From positions 1-30,020 of the forward strand of contig WAMD01000010.1 of assembly GCA_015522495.1 (NCBI GenBank): a stretch of 30,020 nt of DNA, read 5' to 3'. Of the stretch, positions 1 through 9,079 are shown piece after piece. A program made the position numbers and the translations under genes. The number at the start of each line of letters is the position of its first letter. Position 1 is the stretch's first letter. This DNA comes from Nanobdellati archaeon (lineage in GTDB: Archaea; B1Sed10-29; WALL01; WAMD01). Under the pieces are notes generated by a model. That model was not told where the DNA came from. It saw only the letters and a program-made list of their open reading frames with translations, and did not search any database.

Positions 1-76
1 GAGATTGTAACTCCATAGACGTTCTACAATAGTTAATTTTTAATTAAGTGCTGCAATTAACCTTTTAGGTGATACT

Positions 77-583
77 ATGCCAAGATTTATGGAGCATAAG
101 AAGCCTTACGAGAGAAAACCTGTTGGACCTAAGCCTAGAGGTAATCCATTTAGCTTGGAGATAACGCACGAGTCGTATCCAGGAGCAAAAAAAGAGGTAA
201 CCCATAAAAGGATAACATTGGAACCTGGCACATATCATATAGGTCGTGCAGAAGGATATAACTTAGCTTTGAAGGATGAAGCAGGGAAGGTTTTACACTA
301 CCTTGGCAAGACTGATGCCACTGTCTCAAGAAAACACTTAAAGATTGAAGTTACACCTGAGGGTAGAATAAAGGTAACTGATGTATCCACAAATGGAACG
401 TTGGTTAGAAAAGGAGGGATGTCCTCCAATCAGGCTACGACCATCAGTGAAATGAAGGATGAGGAGCATATAGGCTCCAATAGGAAGGGGTTTTACCTGG
501 GTGTGAGGGATGTACCTTCACTGATCACTATGAAGCCCTCAATGGTGACAATAAAGAAGATAGAGAAAGACTTAGGTATTTGA
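77..583 (+). CDS. Stand-alone FHA (forkhead-associated) domain protein
   Basis: FHA signature residues in order: HIGR, VSRKH, DVSTNGT. Shine-Dalgarno-like AGGTGA lies just upstream of the ATG. Confidence 0.85.
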   Translation: MPRFMEHKKPYERKPVGPKPRGNPFSLEITHESYPGAKKEVTHKRITLEPGTYHIGRAEGYNLALKDEAGKVLHYLGKTDATVSRKHLKIEVTPEGRIKVTDVSTNGTLVRKGGMSSNQATTISEMKDEEHIGSNRKGFYLGVRDVPSLITMKPSMVTIKKIEKDLGI

Positions 584-614
584 ATTTTAAACCAGAACCA
601 ACATAACTTTCTGA

Positions 615-2717
615 ATGCGGTTGATAATTGCTGAAAAAGACAAGGCAGCTGCTAGGATCGCTGAGATACTTGACAAAGGAGTTCAAGTCATTAAAGAGGG
701 AAAGCTCAGGGTATACAAGATAAGGTTGGGTGGTGAAGAGGCAATTGTACTGCCTTTGGCTGGTCACATAGTTGACGTGGAGTTTAACAATGATTTTTCA
801 TCGTGGAAAAATACAAATCTATATGATATAATTGATTCTAGTTTTGTTTACAGACCTAGCAGGATGGATATTGCCAGAGTTTTGAGAAAGTACGGCAAGA
901 TGGCTGATAGGTTGACAGTTGCTACAGATTTTGATAGAGAGGGGGAGGCAATAGGAAGGGAAGCTGTGAGCATAATTCGTAGAGTGAACCCAAATGTGAA
1001 GGTAGATAGAGCTAGGTTCTCTGCAATAACAGATGAAGAGATAACCAATGCATTCAAAGAGGAGAACCTTTATGAGCTAGATGAGGCTTTGGCTGACTCT
1101 GCAGACGCTAGGAGAGAGATAGATTTAGTGTGGGGAGCAGTCCTTACTAGGTTCATATCTCTAGCGTCTAATATGCTTGGAAAAAACTTTTTATCTGTTG
1201 GAAGGGTGCAGACACCAACGCTAGCTTTGATAGTAAACAGGGAAAAAGAGATAAAGAAGTTCGTACCTGAGAAATTTTGGGTAGTCAATGCTTTACTTGA
1301 AAAAGCCGGGGCTAAATTCAAAGCGCTTCATAAAAGAGAAAAATTCAAGGACAAGGAGAAAGCATTCGCTGTAAAGCAGAAAACCGTTCATTCTAAAGAA
1401 GGAGTAGTAAAATCAGTTGACCTGAGAAAAAGGAAACAAAGCAGACCAGTGCCATTTAACACAAATGAGTTTCTTAGAGCAGCTGCATCGCTTGGGGTGT
1501 CCCCTGTAAAGGCGATACAAATAGCCGAGAACTTGTATATGTCTGGGTACGTGTCTTATCCAAGGACGGATAATACAGTTTATCCAAGCTCAATAAATCT
1601 GAAGGAGATAGTGAGTAAGTTCTTGAAATCTGAATTTTCAGAAGAAGCTAAAACACTCTTGCAAGGTAAGTTGATTCCAAGTAGAGGAAAGATGAGGACA
1701 ACAGATCATCCACCTATCCATCCAACAGGAGTGGCCAAAAAGTCAAAACTTGATTCTCAGTCATGGAAGATATATGAGTTAATTGTCAGGCGTTTCTTTG
1801 CGACTCTTGCAGAAGACGCTCAGGTTGCTAGCACTAGAGTTGAGATTGATATTAATGGTGAAGGGTTTGTTGCAAAGGGTCAAACAATAGTAAAAAGAGG
1901 TTGGTTAGAGTTCTACCCATACTCTAAAGTAAAAGAGGAGGAATTACCTGGGATGAATAAGGGAGACGTTGTGCAGGTTATTTCGGTTGATGTTGTTGAG
2001 AAGGAAACCCAACCACCAAACAAGTATACCCCTGCATCCCTCTTAAAGGAAATGGAGAAGTTGGGGCTTGGGACTAAATCAACTAGGCCAGCTATAATTC
2101 AAAAATTGATAAACAGAAGTTACATCTCTGGGAAGAAGAATTATCAACCGTCAGACATTGCATTTAGGGTAGTGGACAGCTTGGAAAAACATGCTAGAGA
2201 TATAACTCTCCCAGATATGACTGCTAAGCTTGAGAAAGAAATGGAGAAGATAAGTGCAGGTGATATTCTAAAGTCAAGTGTTGTTATTGATTCAAAAACT
2301 CTCCTGAGAAAGGCTCTGTCTGAGCTCGAGGCGAATAAAGAAGTAATTGGTGCAGATATAAAGGAGGGTGCAAAGCTAGATAGGATTAAAGCGAGGATGA
2401 TTGGAAAGTGCAAGTGCGGCGGTGAGTTAGTTATACGGAGGTCTAGAAAGACAGGAAAGAGGTTTGTTGCGTGCAACAGGTATCCAGATTGCAAGGAGAT
2501 ATACCCTCTACCTCAAAAAGGAAAAGTTGTCCCCACAGGCAAAACCTGTCCGAAGTGTGGGACTCCAGTAGTGCGTATATACACAAAGAGGGGTAGTTAC
2601 GAAATGTGCCTAGATCCAAACTGTGAAACAAAAAAGGACTGGGGAAAGAGGAATAAGAAGCATGAAGTGAGGGCCAATAGGTCTAAGTCAAAGAAGGTGA
2701 AGAAGGGTGAGAGTTGA
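615..2717 (+). CDS. topA: DNA topoisomerase I (type IA) with C-terminal zinc ribbons
   Basis: TOPRIM IIAEK and DFDREGEAIG, GRVQTPTL, catalytic SYPRTD, GLGTKSTR, C-terminal Cys clusters (CKC...CNRYPDC, CPKC...CLDPNC). Confidence 0.97.
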   Translation: MRLIIAEKDKAAARIAEILDKGVQVIKEGKLRVYKIRLGGEEAIVLPLAGHIVDVEFNNDFSSWKNTNLYDIIDSSFVYRPSRMDIARVLRKYGKMADRLTVATDFDREGEAIGREAVSIIRRVNPNVKVDRARFSAITDEEITNAFKEENLYELDEALADSADARREIDLVWGAVLTRFISLASNMLGKNFLSVGRVQTPTLALIVNREKEIKKFVPEKFWVVNALLEKAGAKFKALHKREKFKDKEKAFAVKQKTVHSKEGVVKSVDLRKRKQSRPVPFNTNEFLRAAASLGVSPVKAIQIAENLYMSGYVSYPRTDNTVYPSSINLKEIVSKFLKSEFSEEAKTLLQGKLIPSRGKMRTTDHPPIHPTGVAKKSKLDSQSWKIYELIVRRFFATLAEDAQVASTRVEIDINGEGFVAKGQTIVKRGWLEFYPYSKVKEEELPGMNKGDVVQVISVDVVEKETQPPNKYTPASLLKEMEKLGLGTKSTRPAIIQKLINRSYISGKKNYQPSDIAFRVVDSLEKHARDITLPDMTAKLEKEMEKISAGDILKSSVVIDSKTLLRKALSELEANKEVIGADIKEGAKLDRIKARMIGKCKCGGELVIRRSRKTGKRFVACNRYPDCKEIYPLPQKGKVVPTGKTCPKCGTPVVRIYTKRGSYEMCLDPNCETKKDWGKRNKKHEVRANRSKSKKVKKGES

Positions 2718-3492
2718 AATAGATATGAAGAAGAGTATACCAGAGAACGCATCTAGATATTATGAGCTAGCGAAAAAGGCTAGGAGAAAGATACCCAGGC
2801 TTAGAGAAGAGATAGAAAAAACAAAAGCCTTGATAAAAAAGCAAATTAAATTGGCAGAAAAAAAGCCACAGATAAAAAGAGACAAAGATTGGTACGAAAA
2901 ATTTCATTGGTTTTTTACTTCTGATGGATTTTTAGTTCTTGGAGGGAAGGACGCAAAGTCAAATCAGAGGCTGGTACGGAACTATATGGATAAAGGGGAT
3001 TTGTTTCTTCACGCTGACATAAAAGGAGCATCTGCTGTTGTCATAAAGTCTAATGGTAAAACAATCTCTGAGACCGCGAAGCAAGAAGCAGCCAATTTTG
3101 CTGCAGCATTCTCAAAGGCGTTCTCTCTTGGTTTGAGGGCTGTGGATGTATATTGTGTTTCTCCAAGTCAGGTAAAGCTGGCCGCCAAGTCAGGGGAGTT
3201 CCTGCCAAAAGGTGGTTTTGTTATACTCGGCGAGAGGGAATGGTTTAAAGATGTTCCAGTTGAAATTGCTGTTTCTTATGATACTGAAAATAAGAGGATA
3301 GTCTCAGGCCCAGTTGATGCAATCAAAGTGTATAATGAATATGTCCTAGTTATCCCAGGTGGTGATGATAAAGGAAAGGTTGCCAAGCAAATAAAAAAGT
3401 TAGTAGATGGTTGGTTTTCTGTTGATTCATCCTTGGACGAGATACTAGCATCGCTCCCAGCAGGTAAAGCAAAGGTTATTACTAAAAAGTAG
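2707..3492 (+). CDS. Short NFACT-R (DUF814) domain protein, Rqc2/NEMF-like, lacking the NFACT-N region
   Basis: SIPENASRYYELAKK coiled coil, WYEKFHWFFTSDGFLVLGGKDAKSN, FLHADIKGAS and GEFLPKGGFVI match the C-terminal half of archaeal Rqc2 homologues. The GTG start overlaps the topA end. Confidence 0.85.
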   Translation: MRVEIDMKKSIPENASRYYELAKKARRKIPRLREEIEKTKALIKKQIKLAEKKPQIKRDKDWYEKFHWFFTSDGFLVLGGKDAKSNQRLVRNYMDKGDLFLHADIKGASAVVIKSNGKTISETAKQEAANFAAAFSKAFSLGLRAVDVYCVSPSQVKLAAKSGEFLPKGGFVILGEREWFKDVPVEIAVSYDTENKRIVSGPVDAIKVYNEYVLVIPGGDDKGKVAKQIKKLVDGWFSVDSSLDEILASLPAGKAKVITKK

Positions 3493-3500
3493 TAGCTGGT

Positions 3501-4166
3501 TCACACAAGACCTGATCCTATTATCCTAAACCTGGCTGTTCCTTCTTTTCTAAATGGATGCTTTACAAGCCTCCCAATCCTAGCATCTCCACTCCTCAAT
3601 AACTCTACTATTACTTTTGCTGAATAACCTAAGACTTCCCTGGCAAGTGGTTCGTACCTACCTCTGAAGTCTGAATAGACCTGGTTTGTAACAAGCACAG
3701 CAGCATTCTTTTCTCTAGCATGCCACGCAAGTAGCGCAAGCTGCTTTGCAAGGACTTGGTTTATTGGGAATGGGTCTGTTCTGTCCAATTCAAGTCTGTA
3801 GTGATATGTTACTGGGTCTGCCACTATTAGTGAAAAGTCTCTACCAACCACATTAGTTATCATTTCCCCTTGTTCTTGGAGACTTTTTGGTTCTAGCAAA
3901 ACAGTTCTTTCTAGAACCTTATCATACTTACTTCCTGCTATTTGTTCAACTCTTTCAAAATGGAATGATCCTTCTGGGTCTATGTAAGCGACCCTCCCAT
4001 TGGCCTTTATAGCGTTGACAGTCGCCTGGATGGCAATATTACTTTTTCCAACACCTGGGGGGCCGTAAAACTCAGATATAACACCAGTAGGTATCCCCCC
4101 ACCAAGGAGATTATCCAGTGAGCACCCAAGCGGGATGGCCCTTCTCCCTGTAATAGCTTTTTCCAT
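3501..4166 (-). CDS. radB: DNA repair protein RadB (RecA-family paralogue)
   Basis: 221 aa RecA core with no N-terminal HhH domain: LDNLLGGG, Walker A GPPGVGKS, VLVTNQVY. It has KHP where RadB usually has KHR. Confidence 0.85.
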   Translation of the reverse strand: MEKAITGRRAIPLGCSLDNLLGGGIPTGVISEFYGPPGVGKSNIAIQATVNAIKANGRVAYIDPEGSFHFERVEQIAGSKYDKVLERTVLLEPKSLQEQGEMITNVVGRDFSLIVADPVTYHYRLELDRTDPFPINQVLAKQLALLAWHAREKNAAVLVTNQVYSDFRGRYEPLAREVLGYSAKVIVELLRSGDARIGRLVKHPFRKEGTARFRIIGSGLV

Positions 4167-4249
4167 GCAATTATTCTAAATTTCCTTCCTAATAAGCTTT
4201 ATATCCTTGTTAATCTATAAACATCTATTACGCTATTGCTTCTCCTGGG

Positions 4250-6598
4250 GTGATGATAATGGCAAAGAAAGAAATAATTCTTAAGGTTGCAGAAGCTTTT
4301 AGGTCTGACGCTGGTAGGGGGATAGTCAGGTTAGACACAGAATCCAGGCAGGCACTTGATGTTACGTCAGGTGATATAGTAAAGATAACAGGAAAGAGAG
4401 AGACAGCAGCGATAGTGTGGCAAGCACATCCTCAGGACGAGGGGCTTGGTGCTATTAGGATGGATGGAATTCTTAGGCAAAACGCAGATGTTTCTATTGG
4501 GGATAAGGTTAAAGTGGAAAAGTTTGAGCCTGGTGAGGCTGCAAAGATAGTTTTAGCCCCATCCCAACCAATTAGATTTTCACCTGGTTTTGAAGACTAT
4601 GTTAGGAACAGGCTTGTAGGGAGGCCAGTTTCTAAGGGAGACAGAGTGCTCATAGGAGTGTTTGGTCAGTCTTTGATGTTAATGGTTGTAAATACCAAGC
4701 CAAGGGGCATAGTCCAAATAGGTGAGAAGACAAGGATAGAATTGAAGACAGAGCCGGTTAAGGAGTTAGCTGGCGTGCCACAGGTAACTTACGAGGATAT
4801 TGGTGGACTAAAGGATGCAATACAAAGAGTTAGAGAAATGATCGAAATCCCAATGAAACATCCTGAGTTGTTCGAAAGGCTAGGTATAGAGCCACCTAAA
4901 GGTGTTTTGTTATATGGCCCTCCTGGAACAGGAAAGACACTGCTCGCGAAGGCTGTCGCTAATGAGACAGATGCACACTTCATTGCGTTGAATGGTCCAG
5001 AGGTCATGAGTAAATTTGTTGGTGAGGCTGAGGAGAGATTGAGGCAGATATTTAAGGAAGCCCAAGATAATGCACCAGCAATAATATTCATTGATGAGAT
5101 TGATGCCATCGCTCCAAAGAGGGAAGAAACAGTTGGGGAAGTTGAAAGGAGAGTGGTTGCGCAGCTACTTGCTTTAATGGACGGGTTGCAGTCTAGAGGG
5201 CAGGTGGTTGTAATAGCTGCCACAAACAGGCCTAATGCCATCGATCCTGCTTTGAGGCGACCTGGTAGGTTTGATAGGGAGATAGAGATAGGGGTGCCTG
5301 ATAGGAACGGCAGGAAGGAGATATTGCAGATACACACAAGGAATATGCCTATAGAGCCAGAGTATAACAAGAAGGTGGTAGTTGAGGAAATAAAGAAATT
5401 AAAGATGGATAACAAATTGAAGCCGAAGATTTTGAAGAAACTGTCAGACGCAAAAGACATTGCAAAGGTTACTATGTCTTTCCCATCGAATGTCAAATAC
5501 GAATTGAATAGGAGGCTAGTTGACAAACTGCTTGAAGAGCTGGCGGATAAGACATACGGCTTCGTTGGTGCTGACCTAGCGGCCTTGTGTAAGGAGGCCG
5601 CTATGAAGGCCTTGAGGAGAATACTACCTAAGGTTGATCTTGAAAAGGAGGAGATACCAAAAGAGATACTTGAGAGTCTGAGGGTTACAAAGGATGACTT
5701 CCTCAACGCGCTTAGGGAGATACAACCGTCTGCAATGAGAGAAGTCCTTGTTGAAGTACCCAAAGTCAAGTGGACAGATATAGGTGATTTGAAAGATGCC
5801 AAACAAGAGTTAAAGGAAGCTGTGGAATGGCCATTGAAATATCCCAAGATGTTTGAGAGAATGGGGATAAAGCCACCTAGTGGGATCCTCATGTTTGGAC
5901 CACCTGGAACAGGAAAGACACTACTTGCCAAGGCAGTTGCAAATGAGTCCGGTGCAAACTTCATAGCAGTTAAGGGACCAGAACTTCTGAGTAAATGGGT
6001 TGGAGAAAGTGAGAAGGGAATCCGAGAAATATTCAGAAAGGCAAGACAGGTGGCGCCGTGTGTTGTATTTTTCGATGAAGCAGACGCAATAGCCCCTAGA
6101 AGAGGTATGTACGAGGGAAGTCATGTTACTGAGAGCGTTGTTAATCAATTGTTAACAGAAATGGATGGCATTGAGGATACTAGGGGAGTTGTAGTTTTAG
6201 GAGCAACTAATAGGCCAGATCTCATAGATCCTGGATTGCTAAGGCCAGGGAGATTTGATAGGTTGATATTAGTTCCAGCACCGGATAAGTCAGGGAGAAT
6301 GGAGATACTGAAGGTGCATACAAGGAAGGTTCCTCTTGCGAAGGATGTTAGCCTAGAAAAACTTGCAAAGGAAACTGATGGATTTTCCGGTGCAGATATA
6401 GAGGCATTAGTTAGAGAAGCAGTTATGACTGCCCTTAGGGAGAACAAATCAGCCAAGGAGGTCAGGATGAAACATTTCAAGAAAGCCATGGAGAGGATAA
6501 GACCGAGTATTAGGCCAGACGATAACAAGAAATACAAAATGTTTCTTGAGGGTTATAGAAAGGATAAATCAAGAGATGAACTAGGGTATTATGGTTAG
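4250..6598 (+). CDS. cdc48: CDC48/VAT family AAA+ ATPase
   Basis: N-domain plus two AAA modules (GPPGTGKT twice, FIDEID and [15 protein letters not shown] and LLRPGRFDR). The real start may be ATG 4253 or 4259, behind GGGGTGA. Confidence 0.97.
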   Translation: MMIMAKKEIILKVAEAFRSDAGRGIVRLDTESRQALDVTSGDIVKITGKRETAAIVWQAHPQDEGLGAIRMDGILRQNADVSIGDKVKVEKFEPGEAAKIVLAPSQPIRFSPGFEDYVRNRLVGRPVSKGDRVLIGVFGQSLMLMVVNTKPRGIVQIGEKTRIELKTEPVKELAGVPQVTYEDIGGLKDAIQRVREMIEIPMKHPELFERLGIEPPKGVLLYGPPGTGKTLLAKAVANETDAHFIALNGPEVMSKFVGEAEERLRQIFKEAQDNAPAIIFIDEIDAIAPKREETVGEVERRVVAQLLALMDGLQSRGQVVVIAATNRPNAIDPALRRPGRFDREIEIGVPDRNGRKEILQIHTRNMPIEPEYNKKVVVEEIKKLKMDNKLKPKILKKLSDAKDIAKVTMSFPSNVKYELNRRLVDKLLEELADKTYGFVGADLAALCKEAAMKALRRILPKVDLEKEEIPKEILESLRVTKDDFLNALREIQPSAMREVLVEVPKVKWTDIGDLKDAKQELKEAVEWPLKYPKMFERMGIKPPSGILMFGPPGTGKTLLAKAVANESGANFIAVKGPELLSKWVGESEKGIREIFRKARQVAPCVVFFDEADAIAPRRGMYEGSHVTESVVNQLLTEMDGIEDTRGVVVLGATNRPDLIDPGLLRPGRFDRLILVPAPDKSGRMEILKVHTRKVPLAKDVSLEKLAKETDGFSGADIEALVREAVMTALRENKSAKEVRMKHFKKAMERIRPSIRPDDNKKYKMFLEGYRKDKSRDELGYYG

Positions 6599-6615
6599 TA
6601 GCTAGGGCTAGGTTT

Positions 6616-7227
6616 CTAGAGCTTTTGCTGGCTTTCAGTGTGGTCTTCAGTCTTCTTTTTTAGCACTAGGTATATCTTTCTCTTTCTTGGATTTTTTGGG
6701 TTATCTATTGCAAACTCTCCATCAAATCCAGCAGAGACAAAGGCTTTACCTACTGCAATCATGTCTTTTTCTGATTTAGGATAGAATTGTATGACAACTG
6801 AGCCATTACTGGTTAGAACTCTGTAAAACTCCTTAGCGACTTTCTTTAAGTCTTTCCTAGGTATCCACTGCAAAGCAGATATAGATAATATTCCATCGAA
6901 GCTATTATCCTCAAATGGGAGCTTTCTCATATCAGCCACTAATGCATCGAACCCGTTTTTCTTAGCCTCTTTTACCATTTTTTCAGATAGGTCTATCCCT
7001 ATGGTATTAAAACCATTATCCAGAAGAACTTCCATTGAAAACCCAGGCCCACATCCAACATCAAGTATTCTCCCAGATTTCCATCCAATCAGCTCTAGAG
7101 CTCTTAGGGTTATCCTCTTTTGTATTGTCTTAATTGCATTGGAAGTAGAATAAGCATCTGCATATTTGTCAAAGTATTCCTTTGCAGTGGTCTTTTCTTC
7201 AGGTCTCTTCTTTTTTACTTTCCACAT
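6616..7227 (-). CDS. Bud23/WBSCR22-like class I SAM methyltransferase (putative SSU rRNA m7G methyltransferase)
   Basis: ILDVGCGPG SAM motif plus Bud23-type segments RPEE, IQKRITLRALELI, SISALQW, QFYPK and AGFDGEFAIDNP...KIYLVL, compared from memory with yeast Bud23. Confidence 0.8.
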   Translation of the reverse strand: MWKVKKKRPEEKTTAKEYFDKYADAYSTSNAIKTIQKRITLRALELIGWKSGRILDVGCGPGFSMEVLLDNGFNTIGIDLSEKMVKEAKKNGFDALVADMRKLPFEDNSFDGILSISALQWIPRKDLKKVAKEFYRVLTSNGSVVIQFYPKSEKDMIAVGKAFVSAGFDGEFAIDNPKNPRKRKIYLVLKKKTEDHTESQQKL

Positions 7228-7236
7228 TTTTACCCC

Positions 7237-7812
7237 TTAAAATAACCCAAACAGCAACACACTTGGTATTGCTATGCTTATCAACCAAATAGCTGGATTC
7301 CAACCCATTACCTTGTACCCGTCAAGTGGTGGGAATGGGATTAAATTAAACGCAGCCAGGAAAAAGTTTACCCAGGCACCATAAATCCCAATTATTGTCA
7401 ATATCTTTGCTGGTGACACAACTGCTAGCCCCATAAATAGTATGCCTAGTATTATGTTAACCCCAGGCCCAGCGAGGCTTATAAGTCCGTTTTCCCTACG
7501 CGTTATTGGCCGCCCACCAATATATACTGCACCAGGGGCTGCAAAAATGAATTTTCCAGCTGTTAACAGTGCCATGGCCAGGGCTAGTATGAGACCAGGC
7601 ACCCACGCCCTATAAAACGCGTGGAGGCCGAACAACCTTGCAACTGTTCTATGACCAAGTTCATGGAAGATAAAACCAGCACCTAAAACTAACAGTAAGA
7701 TAGCGAAGTCTTGAATAAACTTGTTTATTCCGAGAAAAATAGAGTCCATTGAGAATGCCAGGGTAATTGTTATCCAAGATACTGTTAGGTGGATTATTTC
7801 TGTTCTATCCAT
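7237..7812 (-). CDS. M50 (site-2 protease-like) membrane zinc metalloprotease
   Basis: HELGH zinc motif, AGPGVN, NLIPFPPLDG and several hydrophobic helices. Confidence 0.92.
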   Translation of the reverse strand: MDRTEIIHLTVSWITITLAFSMDSIFLGINKFIQDFAILLLVLGAGFIFHELGHRTVARLFGLHAFYRAWVPGLILALAMALLTAGKFIFAAPGAVYIGGRPITRRENGLISLAGPGVNIILGILFMGLAVVSPAKILTIIGIYGAWVNFFLAAFNLIPFPPLDGYKVMGWNPAIWLISIAIPSVLLFGLF

Positions 7813-7855
7813 GGCATGAATTTTATCATATGAACTTTATATTAGTAACACGGCA

Positions 7856-8977
7856 TTAGCCTATGTAAGCCTCCCATGGTTTTTTCTCTGGTTTGTTGTA
7901 CATATCTCTTTTGTTAAGGATATCTTTGATGGTTTCCATTTCCCTAGTTAGGTCGCTTACATCTACACCACTACTTTCTAATACCCTTGACGCTATATTT
8001 ATCTGTGAAATCTTTGCATCCATGGCAGCTATAGTCCTGAGAGAATCTTTCATTAAGTCGCGGGTTTCAGACTTACCTTTTATTCCTTTCGCCTTCTTTT
8101 CGTTCTCTAGTAATCTGTTTGCATTTTCCCTAAGTTCAGACAACATGTTTTCAACTTCATTGACTGCATCTTCTTTTGGTTTTATCCCTACTCTCTTCGC
8201 GACAATTAAATGGTCAAGTACATCAGCAGTTACATTTTTTTCACTGGCTTTGAACGCTTGGATACTACCGTTTCCACCCGTTTTTTTCATATTCATTATA
8301 TCATTGACTATGCTATCCTCAAGTTTGCTCCTTTCTACAACTAGTTCATCTAGCGGTTTTTTCCAGTATTCATTTAACTTCTTTTTCTTCAACAGTTTTA
8401 GATATACGTCGATATTTGCTTCTATCTTTATGAAGAATTTTCCATGTTGCTTTGGTATGCTCCCCCCCATTTTATCTACCTTGGATAAATCCCCTAAAAC
8501 CTTTTCTCTAAGCTTGTCTAATCCAATTATGCGACCGTACGCCTTTGATAGTCTTCCCTTTCTTTTTACGGCAACACCATAGAGGATGTTTGTAAATTCA
8601 TCGATTGTTTTTTCTTCCTTGAGAATCCTTGGTATTATTGGCAGATCAGCCTCTAACTGCATTTGTCCATTTGGATCGATCACCATCTCACTTTCATGTT
8701 TTTTTATGTAATCTGTGATTATAGCGTTTCTCATAGTTTCCAGGTCAACTTGTTTCTTCATCAAATCCTCAATCCATCTGACTAGCTTACCAAACCTTAC
8801 CCTTTTCCCTTTCTTTTTTATGTACTCTTTAGTTAGAGACTCTCTTCTTATCTCGTTTGTTTCTTCTGCTATTTCCTTTGCAAGGCTACCAAGTAGCACA
8901 TGTCTAGGACTTAGCCTGGCGAGTTTATTCATTAACTTCTTGGCACTACCTGCGCGTGCTTTTTCCTTTGCTGGCAT
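7856..8977 (-). CDS. Hypothetical basic, helical soluble protein
   Basis: Long ORF filling the space between two real genes, with K/E-rich composition. The start is placed at ATG 8977 (MPAKEK) because GGTGA precedes it; the track start is 9019. Confidence 0.7.
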   Translation of the reverse strand: MPAKEKARAGSAKKLMNKLARLSPRHVLLGSLAKEIAEETNEIRRESLTKEYIKKKGKRVRFGKLVRWIEDLMKKQVDLETMRNAIITDYIKKHESEMVIDPNGQMQLEADLPIIPRILKEEKTIDEFTNILYGVAVKRKGRLSKAYGRIIGLDKLREKVLGDLSKVDKMGGSIPKQHGKFFIKIEANIDVYLKLLKKKKLNEYWKKPLDELVVERSKLEDSIVNDIMNMKKTGGNGSIQAFKASEKNVTADVLDHLIVAKRVGIKPKEDAVNEVENMLSELRENANRLLENEKKAKGIKGKSETRDLMKDSLRTIAAMDAKISQINIASRVLESSGVDVSDLTREMETIKDILNKRDMYNKPEKKPWEAYIG

Positions 8978-9079
8978 CTTATCACCAACAAAATTAATTT
9001 TGGCAGGGTTTTTATACATTCATTAGGAGTAACCTTTCATTAGTTATAACAATATGACTATCTAATTCTCAGCTAATAC

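Noticed and set aside
3501-3560. RadB KHR motif replaced by KHP
   Set aside because: A single substitution seen without an alignment; not enough to claim altered function.
5351-5529. Possible intein in Cdc48
   Set aside because: Too short, with no N-terminal Cys/Ser block, no His-Asn C-terminus and no LAGLIDADG motif; it reads as a helical insertion.
4789-5964. 391 aa antisense ORF inside cdc48 (and similar antisense ORFs in topA, ychF, tes, mre11, the GT2 genes, DUF763 and the 28483 ORF)
   Set aside because: They are reverse-strand shadows of well-supported genes, with Ser/Phe/Leu-rich composition and no motifs or ribosome-binding sites.
2707-6598. Rqc2-like gene and cdc48 as a eukaryote-style ribosome quality-control operon
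   Set aside because: They are separated by radB on the opposite strand and are not co-transcribed; proximity alone is weak evidence.
7237-7812. M50 protease as the prepilin peptidase for the pilin cluster
   Set aside because: Class III signals are cleaved by A24 aspartic peptidases (PibD/FlaK/EppA); this is an HExxH zinc enzyme in a separate transcription unit.
7893-9026. 229 aa and 103 aa plus-strand ORFs opposite the 387 aa hypothetical
   Set aside because: Their S/F/L-rich composition is the antisense image of a K/E-rich gene; the minus-strand ORF has the ribosome-binding site and normal composition.
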